Source of the DNA: a virus
Lineage: Duplodnaviria; Caudoviricetes
Virus record (IMG/VR): IMGVR_UViG_3300041986_000079
Coordinates: 1 to 64,000 of that record
Direction: 5' to 3' (one strand)
DNA length: 64,000 nucleotides
Under the pieces are notes generated by a model. The model made no database searches and was not told the DNA's origin. It worked only from the letters and a program-made list of their open reading frames with translations. The first letter of the stretch is position 1; every line of letters starts with the position of its first letter. Shown here one piece after another: positions 57,183 to 64,000 of the stretch. Made by a program: the position numbers and the translations under genes.

Positions 57183-57923
57183 TTAAATGAATACTTGGTC
57201 CCAATACGTTACCAGACCGGTTGGTGTCATCTCTGATACCATAAACTCCTCATCTCTTAAGTGAGTTGGTCTAGCCCCACATGAGATTTCATCTGTTGTT
57301 TTAAAGCTTAGGAAGTTTTGCTTTCCCTTGCGATACAGATAACCAATAGCATCTGAATTAGATGTGGTGATACGTTTAAGCTTACCTGTTAGATCTAAGT
57401 CAAGAACATTTACTTCTGCTCCATTCTTTTCTAACATCGTATCTTTAACGTGTCCAACTAAAATAATGTGAGGAGCAAGAGTCTTGATATAATCAATAAC
57501 CTTTGTGAATGCCTCACGTAACCACGGATATCCAGCTCCGTTTGGTAAGTTTAATAAGCTTGTATACTTAGGCTTACCTTCTGTTAACCAGTTCTTTCCC
57601 ATTGAAGTCTTTCCATATAACTCCTCTGCAAAAGGTAAACAGATGTCTTCAAGTGCAGTGATTGTATCTACTGCGATGTACTTATACGGTTTATTTGCTT
57701 TTAAGATCTGCTCACCGATGGCTTTTATGTCTCTAACAGATGTTGCCTTGATCTTTAATGCATCAACATAGTCAGTACCACTCTCAAGGTCTAAGATTAG
57801 ACAATCAGGTAGTCCTGCTAGTAACTCAGTCTTGCCAACTTTTGGCTTTGCGAATATAACAAGATTCTTTGGATTCTTTACTTCGGCTTTAACTTTATCT
57901 ATAGGTAATGTGAACTCTTCCAT
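57183..57923 (-). CDS. AAA_24 / Sak4-like ATPase (recombination)
   Basis: IFAKPKVGKT Walker A, ILDLESG, IAVDTIT, IILVGH. Confidence 0.85.
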   Translation of the reverse strand: MEEFTLPIDKVKAEVKNPKNLVIFAKPKVGKTELLAGLPDCLILDLESGTDYVDALKIKATSVRDIKAIGEQILKANKPYKYIAVDTITALEDICLPFAEELYGKTSMGKNWLTEGKPKYTSLLNLPNGAGYPWLREAFTKVIDYIKTLAPHIILVGHVKDTMLEKNGAEVNVLDLDLTGKLKRITTSNSDAIGYLYRKGKQNFLSFKTTDEISCGARPTHLRDEEFMVSEMTPTGLVTYWDQVFI

Positions 57924-58672
57924 TATTTGCTTCTTTGTTTATTTACTTTATTTATTGCTTGATTAAGATAATCCTTTGAGCTTATCGGCTCACACTGAAT
58001 GATTGCAAGCAAGTCAAGTACACTAAGGTTACTATAGTGTTGATCTTCCGCTTTGAAATCATTTGATGATAACTGCTCTAACTCAAAATCAAGGGATGCT
58101 TGTTTTGGTAGCTCAGGTTCATCTTGTAATGGTGCATATGCATGCTCTACTCGCGTTGCACGAGATTGTTGTGCTGTAGATATAGGATATCTTTTTACAT
58201 TAACTGGTATAAGATCTGATAAAGGAACACTATACAGTCTATTTTCTACTGCATCTGGTAAGTTATTAGCATTAACATTTGCTAATGGATACTGTTCCCA
58301 GTAAGCACAATCTGTATCTACTGTAAATAAAATACGTTCATCCATTGCTACATAACCTTTCTTATCATCTGAAGACTTCAAGATCTCAAAGAAGAAGTTA
58401 CGTCTAAACTGATTACCATAGATGTTTACTGAATCTAGGTCTGTTGTGGCATCATGCCAGATAGTTTTAAACTCAACTTTTGCGTTTGGAAAACCATAGT
58501 CAGCTAAAGCATCTTTATGAAACTGTGTTAGCTTACTATACAACTGTTTCTTTTCGTCGATAGTCATGTTTGTTTTACCAAGTACATTCGGGCCTAAGTC
58601 AGGCACTGCTTTTGGGACTGAGTTCAGTATACTAAACTGTCCCTTTAATTGATTTATCATATTTATTAACAT
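57923..58672 (-). CDS. Conserved hypothetical replication-module protein
   Basis: 249-aa ORF coupled by TAATG to the next gene; the start could be MTIDEKK further in. Confidence 0.65.
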   Translation of the reverse strand: MLINMINQLKGQFSILNSVPKAVPDLGPNVLGKTNMTIDEKKQLYSKLTQFHKDALADYGFPNAKVEFKTIWHDATTDLDSVNIYGNQFRRNFFFEILKSSDDKKGYVAMDERILFTVDTDCAYWEQYPLANVNANNLPDAVENRLYSVPLSDLIPVNVKRYPISTAQQSRATRVEHAYAPLQDEPELPKQASLDFELEQLSSNDFKAEDQHYSNLSVLDLLAIIQCEPISSKDYLNQAINKVNKQRSK

Positions 58673-58674
58673 TA

Positions 58675-59682
58675 TTAAGGATTTACTACTCTTCTTCTAG
58701 TACTGATAGCATCAACATCTCTATCAGGTTCGGGACATTCAATAAACTTGTTTGCTGCAAAGTCACCTCTAAAGAATAACACAGCATCTGATTTACCATC
58801 TCTAGCTTTTAGCACGTGGATGGCAACATGGTCTTGTTCTACCTTGTACTTATTAGGACCATAAATCATTAAGTTCTTTTCAAAAGGTCTGTCAAGTGCA
58901 AGCATTAAGTCAGCATGGTTATACAAAGCATCACCACCGTAGATATCTGATGTATTAGGATAGTTACCAGCCTTACCTGGTTGACGTCTCTCATTACTCT
59001 CGATATCTCTGTTCATCTGATTAAGAACGATAAACAAGCAAGGTATAGCTTTCTTTAACTCAGTCATCATAGTACCAAGATTATGAAGCATTGCAAGTTC
59101 ACTCTTCTCAGTACCCATCATTACAAGATAACTATGGTCAATAGTAATAATCATTGGCTTACGATGCTTTGTCCACATGGCAAGTATATATGCTCTAATA
59201 TTAGATACAGTACATCTTTTTGTAATGACAAAGATCTTATCAGCACCACCTGATTTTTCTTTCTTGTAGTCTACATAACCTTTAAGAAAGCTGACAACAC
59301 TGTCATCAAGTTTCTTCTTTGCACTAGCAAGTTCTTTTACGGACAAGCCTGTCTTCTGACTATACTCTCTTAAGGCAATCTTCTCGTCTGTCATCTCAAA
59401 CTGAAAGTCAAGTACAATAAAATCCTGTGTTGGGTTCAAGTCATGAACACTTCTTGTTAACTCAAGCATGAAGGTAGTCTTACCACCTCCTGATCTGGCT
59501 GCAACAACAGAGATAGTTCCCCACTCAAAGCCACCCATAGTCACATCGTTGATGGTGTTCCAAGGTGTTTTGACTGATTTGATCTGTCCTGTTTTGCGTT
59601 TCTCAATGTAGTCTAAGCCCTTTTGGTTTATAACCGATAAGGGTACTACGTCGTCTAAAATGTCTGTTAGTTGTGAGCTCAT
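58675..59682 (-). CDS. dnaB: DnaB-like replicative helicase (SF4), with no N-terminal domain
   Basis: AARSGGGKTT, FQFEM, ITIDH, LNQMNR, DLMLAL, HVLKARDG. Confidence 0.9.
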   Translation of the reverse strand: MSSQLTDILDDVVPLSVINQKGLDYIEKRKTGQIKSVKTPWNTINDVTMGGFEWGTISVVAARSGGGKTTFMLELTRSVHDLNPTQDFIVLDFQFEMTDEKIALREYSQKTGLSVKELASAKKKLDDSVVSFLKGYVDYKKEKSGGADKIFVITKRCTVSNIRAYILAMWTKHRKPMIITIDHSYLVMMGTEKSELAMLHNLGTMMTELKKAIPCLFIVLNQMNRDIESNERRQPGKAGNYPNTSDIYGGDALYNHADLMLALDRPFEKNLMIYGPNKYKVEQDHVAIHVLKARDGKSDAVLFFRGDFAANKFIECPEPDRDVDAISTRRRVVNP

Positions 59683-59720
59683 AGGAAGATAAAAATACGA
59701 AAAAGTTACGGCATTTACAA

Positions 59721-60305
59721 CTAGTCATGAACATATCCTGATGACAAAACTTGACCATCTGTGTCACGAAGACTCTCGATAGTTGAAGCTAGTTCGGATA
59801 CTCCATCCTTCATTATAAAGTAGGTTGAGTTTTTCATATAAGTATGTCCATTTGCACTACTCTTAAATGTATTTGCATACATCTCAGTAGCATCAAGCAC
59901 TTCTTCCCAGGTATAATCAGGATACTTTTTAAAGAAGTCATTAAAACGTTTCTTTAAATCAGTTGGACTAGTACGTAGCACTCTTCCTGATACTGCACCT
60001 TTTGGGAAATAGTCTCGATAATCAAGTAACAGGTCATCTACCTGCGGGTGTTTCATCTGACTTGTTATAACGACTTTTTTCTTTGGCTCAATTTGAGCAT
60101 AGAACTCATCTATTATTTTTATACCAGACGGGGTAATGGCTCCTTTATCTGTCATGAAGCCTTTTAGTATTAACGCTTTGTCAATATTAGGGCTGTCAAT
60201 AAGATCAGGGGGAGGTATAATACCCTTGTGTCTAAAATCTAAGTAGACAAACTGATTCAGTGTTAGACGGTTAAGAATCAGTGGTGTCCAGAGGTTTATA
60301 ATCAT
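59721..60305 (-). CDS. Putative replication initiator / helicase loader
   Basis: First gene of the unit and upstream of DnaB; HTH-like N-part and a DYFPK...F..F..KY C-part reminiscent of phage replisome organisers. Confidence 0.45.
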   Translation of the reverse strand: MIINLWTPLILNRLTLNQFVYLDFRHKGIIPPPDLIDSPNIDKALILKGFMTDKGAITPSGIKIIDEFYAQIEPKKKVVITSQMKHPQVDDLLLDYRDYFPKGAVSGRVLRTSPTDLKKRFNDFFKKYPDYTWEEVLDATEMYANTFKSSANGHTYMKNSTYFIMKDGVSELASTIESLRDTDGQVLSSGYVHD

Positions 60306-60328
60306 AGGCTACTTTTGTTTAGGTTATT

Positions 60329-60357
60329 TGTACAATATTTAATATATTATTATGTAG
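60329..60357 (+). promoter_or_regulatory. Phage promoter-like motif heading the right-hand structural unit
   Basis: TGTACAATATTTAATATATTATTATGTAG matches the ATATTT-N-(G/A)TATATTAT-N3-GTAG family. Confidence 0.5.
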
Positions 60358-60374
60358 AGATTCTCTAAAGGGGA

Positions 60375-60407
60375 TGCAAAGATAATGCTTTGATTCATAT
60401 CTCCAAA
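60375..60407 (-). promoter_or_regulatory. Canonical Bacteroidota sigma-A promoter driving the replication unit
   Basis: Minus strand reads TTTG (60407-60404), N19, TATCTTTGCA (60384-60375). Confidence 0.85.
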
Positions 60408-60441
60408 CTACTGCTTAACGCTATTAAAAACTTTATATAAT

Positions 60442-60759
60442 ATGGCAACATTAAAATACTATGCTCAGAAAGATGCTTTAGGGTTTCCAATCCCTGGTAC
60501 TATGATGGGTACTACTGGTAAAGTTCCAGCTAATACTCTAGAAATATCTAGTGCAACGGTTTTACCAACTCATCCTGATGGTTTAAAGTACGTTGTTCGT
60601 ACGGATAAAAAAGGTGCTATTATACCTAATTCATTAGTAGCTGTACTTACAGTACCAAAAGGTAATATATTAGACGTTACAGCAGCAGGAGCGGAGTCTT
60701 TACTAACAGAAGATAACTTTAGTCTAGTTGCAGAAAACGAAGACTTAATCATACTATAA
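60442..60759 (+). CDS. Small structural/hypothetical protein
   Basis: 105 aa; C-terminal LLTEDNFSLVAENEDLIIL motif of the type seen in fibre-associated proteins. Confidence 0.6.
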   Translation: MATLKYYAQKDALGFPIPGTMMGTTGKVPANTLEISSATVLPTHPDGLKYVVRTDKKGAIIPNSLVAVLTVPKGNILDVTAAGAESLLTEDNFSLVAENEDLIIL

Positions 60760-60778
60760 CATTTAACATATATTAAAC

Positions 60779-61897
60779 ATGGCAAATAAAAAGATTAGTC
60801 AATTAGCTTCAGCATCTGCACTTGCAGGTACAGAAGTATTACCAATAGTACAAGGTGGTACTACAAAGAAAGTAACAGCTCAAGCTATTGCTGATTTAGC
60901 ATCAGGCGGAGGTTCAGCTCCATCATTTGGAGTAACTGCGAATGGTATATTAGGAAGTGATATTACTGCAACTTATGTACAAAAAGCTTCTGTACCTAAG
61001 ACTGTTAACGGTGTTTATAGTACAGAAGTTGGCAACTATGCATCATTTAGTTTTAATGCTGCTGGTTCAAATGGCTACGGTGGATATGGTGGTAGTAGCG
61101 TTAGTACTACAGCAACAAATATAGCTTTTCATACACGTTATATTGGTGATCTTAACATTACTGGATCAACTGTGGTTACTACTTTTTCTTTTCCTGATAC
61201 TATTGCTCAAGATAGTCCAATGAGTGGTCTGTCTTTTTCAGGTGCAGCATTAACAACTGTTAACTTTCCATTACTACAAACATGTAAAGGTATTTCGATA
61301 AATAGCAATAGTCCTGCATTAACAACTTTAAACTTTTCATCATTAACGGATCTTTCTTCTTATGCTCAGATACAAATTAATGCTGTAACAGCTATAGCTG
61401 AGATTGGGCCATCAAACTTTCCGCTATTAAAACAAGCTGCTTTTTCTATTTACGAGCCTGGTTTTTTACAAGTAATTAATCTACCATCAGCTATTGTTTG
61501 GAAATCAGTGTATCATGTAAATAGTGGAATGGGTTCTGGAGCATCGGTATTAAATACGTTACGTGTCCCAGCTATAATTAATTATGAGAGTGCTTATGTA
61601 TCTTATAATGGACATTCTCAGCTAGCTAATGTGGTTTTAGGTACTATTGGTACACTAAAAACATTAGGTCTTTCTTGGGGTCCTGCAAATATTAACTTCG
61701 AAGGATGTGCTTTAACACAAGCTTCAGTTGATGGTATATTAACTTTACTAGCTAGTTTAGATGGTACAAATGGTACTGATCCATCTAACAATGGTACAAT
61801 TAATTTAACAGGTGGTACAAATGCAGCTCCTTCATCTACTGGTTTAGCAGCAAAAGCTATACTATTAGGTAGAGGGTTTACAATTAGCCATAACTAG
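60779..61897 (+). CDS. Fibre/receptor-binding-like protein with LRR/L-domain-like repeats
   Basis: MANKKISQL...LPIVQGGTTKKVT fibre N-terminal motif; LTTVNFPLL / LTTLNFSSL repeats; LTQASVDGIL...GRGFTI C-cap. Confidence 0.6.
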   Translation: MANKKISQLASASALAGTEVLPIVQGGTTKKVTAQAIADLASGGGSAPSFGVTANGILGSDITATYVQKASVPKTVNGVYSTEVGNYASFSFNAAGSNGYGGYGGSSVSTTATNIAFHTRYIGDLNITGSTVVTTFSFPDTIAQDSPMSGLSFSGAALTTVNFPLLQTCKGISINSNSPALTTLNFSSLTDLSSYAQIQINAVTAIAEIGPSNFPLLKQAAFSIYEPGFLQVINLPSAIVWKSVYHVNSGMGSGASVLNTLRVPAIINYESAYVSYNGHSQLANVVLGTIGTLKTLGLSWGPANINFEGCALTQASVDGILTLLASLDGTNGTDPSNNGTINLTGGTNAAPSSTGLAAKAILLGRGFTISHN

Positions 61898-61925
61898 TTT
61901 TAACTAACATATAAAAGATATAACA

Positions 61926-62162
61926 ATGTATATTCAAGCAGATAATAATGGAATCAAAACTGTACCGGCTACTCAAAGCTGGAGATTGATTCATAATAGT
62001 GGTAAGGTTATTGATTTAATCGAAGCAGCTTACCAAAGTGAAACAGGTGGTTCAACAGAAGTATTTGTTGCTGCTACAAAAGCTGAATGTGAATCTGAGA
62101 TTACTCGTTTAGATTTAGAGTTACCAAAGCATTTACAGCCTTCAGAAGAAGCACAAGCTTAA
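61926..62162 (+). CDS. Small hypothetical protein (possible fibre chaperone)
   Basis: 78 aa directly after the fibre-like gene; TAATG-coupled to the next gene. Confidence 0.6.
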   Translation: MYIQADNNGIKTVPATQSWRLIHNSGKVIDLIEAAYQSETGGSTEVFVAATKAECESEITRLDLELPKHLQPSEEAQA

Positions 62163-62812
62163 TGAATTATAACAGGTCTCGTTGTTACGGTAGTATTAGA
62201 AGTATACCTTTAGTTTTTGAGGATTTAACTACTTCTGATACAATAAAAATCGTAACAACGGAACTTGAATCTGACTGTTATGGCTTAGAGCAAATAAAGC
62301 TTTTACCAACAGATACTGTAATAGATATAGGAGGCAACATAGGTATGTTTTCTATATATGTTAAAAAGAAGTTTGGATGCAAAGTTATAGCTTTTGAACC
62401 AGTACAAATAAACTATGAGCAGTTTAAGCAGAACATTCTCTTAAACGGTTTATCATTATCAGATATAGAGCTGCATAATGTAGCAATTACTGATAAAGAA
62501 GGGGATAAGATACAGATCAGTACTCCAGTATTTAATACAGGTGCATCTTCAGAGTATACAAAAGGAGGTGTTATATCATATTGTATAACTGAAACCATTG
62601 ATAAGTATATTACTACTGACTGTAAGTATCTAAAAGTAGATTGTGAAGGAGCTGAGTATAAGATAATACCTAGTATAATAGATAAGATTAACCAGTTTAA
62701 GTATATCGGTATTGAATACCATAAACTAACTGATACTCAAGATCCAAAGTCTTTACATAAGTTGTTAATAAGTGAGTTTAAAGGACGTATCTTTCAGAAT
62801 ACTTCACCATGA
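62162..62812 (+). CDS. FkbM-family SAM-dependent methyltransferase
   Basis: VIDIGGNIG, IAFEP, LKVDCEGAE, IEYH. Confidence 0.9.
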   Translation: MNYNRSRCYGSIRSIPLVFEDLTTSDTIKIVTTELESDCYGLEQIKLLPTDTVIDIGGNIGMFSIYVKKKFGCKVIAFEPVQINYEQFKQNILLNGLSLSDIELHNVAITDKEGDKIQISTPVFNTGASSEYTKGGVISYCITETIDKYITTDCKYLKVDCEGAEYKIIPSIIDKINQFKYIGIEYHKLTDTQDPKSLHKLLISEFKGRIFQNTSP

Positions 62813-63345
62813 ATAACATAATACATCAGATTTGGGTAGGTCCTAATGTGATGCAAGTGAGGGAAAGAAGGTGTTGTAGATTAGTTAAAAGCATGAATCC
62901 AACATGGGAATACATGTTTTGGACAGATGATAATCTACCTGAGATGCCCAAAGAGATGCAAGAAGTATTTGATTACTTTGGACAAACTAAACACTACGCT
63001 TTTCAAGCAGATGTACTTAGAATGTTTTTGTTAAAAGAATACGGTGGTTTGTATATTGATGTTGATTTTGAACCAGTTAATTCATTTGATGCACTAAGAG
63101 AGTTAGACAACCTATTTTTAACTTGGGGACCAGAACAAAAACGTATAATGAATGGTGTAATAGGTGCTGATAAAGGTCATCCAGTTATAGAAGATCTTTG
63201 CAGTATGGTTAATATCAAGACAAAGTTTTATGGACCTGATTGGTTTGGAAGTAAGTTAGCTTCTCATGATATTAATACGATGATCTTTACTGACTTTTTA
63301 AAACAGTATGCTTTTCATCACCACCTTAATTCTTGGTCGTCATAA
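62809..63345 (+). CDS. GT32 (Gly_transf_sug/OCH1-like) glycosyltransferase
   Basis: IIHQIW, NPTWEYMFWTD, ADVLR..LLKEYGGLYIDVD (DxD), NGVIG. Confidence 0.9.
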   Translation: MNNIIHQIWVGPNVMQVRERRCCRLVKSMNPTWEYMFWTDDNLPEMPKEMQEVFDYFGQTKHYAFQADVLRMFLLKEYGGLYIDVDFEPVNSFDALRELDNLFLTWGPEQKRIMNGVIGADKGHPVIEDLCSMVNIKTKFYGPDWFGSKLASHDINTMIFTDFLKQYAFHHHLNSWSS

Positions 63346-63391
63346 TGATATAACGATTATAAAAGCAGGATTTGCTAAACTATTTTAAACA

Positions 63392-63706
63392 ATGACCAGA
63401 GAGAACCCAACCATCTCAGCATTCAAAGCGTGGATTTTCCCAAGTCTAGTATCTCTTTTAGGGATTATGATCTGGCAAGATGTCAACGAAGTTAAACAGG
63501 ATGTAAAACTATTAATGGCACAGAGCAACGTCGATAAGACTAGGATTGATAATCTGGAACGCGCTGTATATAGTAAACTGGCATTACAAACACCTACCCC
63601 ACCAAACAAGTTGCCTTCTCAAGTATTTTATCACGAGATGGTGGCTATTAAACCTGACCACGATGAAGAAGACAACAGAATCAACAAGCTTTTGGACGAT
63701 ATTTAA
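63392..63706 (+). CDS. Single-TM coiled-coil protein (XhlA/holin-like)
   Basis: AWIFPSLVSLLGIMIW transmembrane segment followed by the heptads VNEVKQDVKLL...RIDNLE. Confidence 0.55.
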   Translation: MTRENPTISAFKAWIFPSLVSLLGIMIWQDVNEVKQDVKLLMAQSNVDKTRIDNLERAVYSKLALQTPTPPNKLPSQVFYHEMVAIKPDHDEEDNRINKLLDDI

Positions 63707-63950
63707 AGACAACAACGACTGGAATGAGAAGTCTATTATAGGCTTTATGTCCTTTGCCGTAATGGTATTAATCGAAACAGTTGACGTTGTTACTGGATAC
63801 TTTGGCCAAGAGTTAGTTATAAACGATTACATCTTTAACGCTTTTGCTATTATTACATTAGGTTCTTTTGGTATCTCTGGTGCTGAAAACATCATGGGTA
63901 AGAAGACAAAAGACTCAAACAAAGAGGAAGATGTTCACATGGAAGGATAA
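63663..63950 (+). CDS. Putative holin (two TM helices)
   Basis: Start MKKTTE at 63663; TM1 IIGFMSFAVMVLI, TM2 IFNAFAIITLGSFGI, charged C-tail. Confidence 0.55.
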   Translation: MKKTTESTSFWTIFKDNNDWNEKSIIGFMSFAVMVLIETVDVVTGYFGQELVINDYIFNAFAIITLGSFGISGAENIMGKKTKDSNKEEDVHMEG

Positions 63951-64000
63951 TGAAAAATATAGTTATCGGCGTTATTATTACTATAGCGTTTTTTGTAGTT
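63950..64000 (+). CDS. 5' end of a membrane-anchored protein (possible spanin), partial
   Basis: TAATG overlap; MKNIVIGVIITIAFFVV hydrophobic N-terminus, cut by the window end. Confidence 0.5.
   Translation, partial: MKNIVIGVIITIAFFVV

Noticed and set aside
57505-58304. Plus-strand ORFs inside the replication unit
   Set aside because: They are antisense to well-supported genes and show no protein motifs.
28408-59682. Inteins or group I introns in vRNAP, PolB or DnaB
   Set aside because: The catalytic motifs are contiguous with normal spacing in PolB and DnaB; no Hint or LAGLIDADG signatures were recognised. A small one in the vRNAP cannot be fully excluded by eye.
63546-63662. 134-aa version of the putative holin
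   Set aside because: The upstream extension lies inside 63392..63706 and reads as non-coding; the ATG at 63663 gives a typical two-TM protein.
1-64000. Stop-codon reassignment (TAG or TGA), known in some crAss-like phages
   Set aside because: ORFs up to 14.6 kb are open in code 11, and TAG (4249, 11305) and TGA (17490, 49822) act as real stops at gene junctions.
1-64000. CRISPR array, tRNA or rRNA genes, integrase, transposase
   Set aside because: No repeat-spacer periodicity, cloverleaf or matching motifs were seen; intergenic gaps are mostly too short.

Overview
The whole window is bacteriophage DNA from a crAss-like (Crassvirales-related) podovirus, most likely infecting a Bacteroidota host. 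Host evidence: a canonical TTTG-N19-TATCTTTG sigma-A promoter, A-rich leaders without Shine-Dalgarno motifs, and the crAss-type gene order. It is AT-rich and uses the standard genetic code. There are three transcription units. (1) 1-47839 (+): collagen/S74 tail fibre, Cys-rich and FN3/Calx-beta-like virion proteins, a metallophosphoesterase, an HU/IHF-like protein, two ring/tail-tube proteins, a muzzle protein and five giant ejection (cargo) proteins. (2) 60305-47854 (-): a compact replication module with DnaB, a Sak4-like ATPase, an SSB-like protein, primase, GIY-YIG, a PD-(D/E)xK nuclease, PolB, HAD, dUTPase, a cyclic-phosphate receiver domain and a dNMP kinase. (3) 60442-64000 (+): LRR-like fibre, FkbM methyltransferase, GT32 glycosyltransferase and membrane/lysis genes. 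Capsid, portal and terminase genes are not in the window. Most notable: a 4866-aa virion RNA polymerase (DFDID) that also carries two zincin-like motifs, a possible ASCH-like domain and a C-terminal SF1B helicase with the catalytic motifs intact; two cargo proteins built as cassettes separated by about 18 xxGG-type motifs, one holding up to three different peptidoglycan hydrolases; a cargo protein with a PD-(D/E)xK nuclease; a recurrent phage-specific promoter-like motif; and a face-to-face promoter pair at 60329-60407. All calls come from motif reading by eye; no database searches were run.
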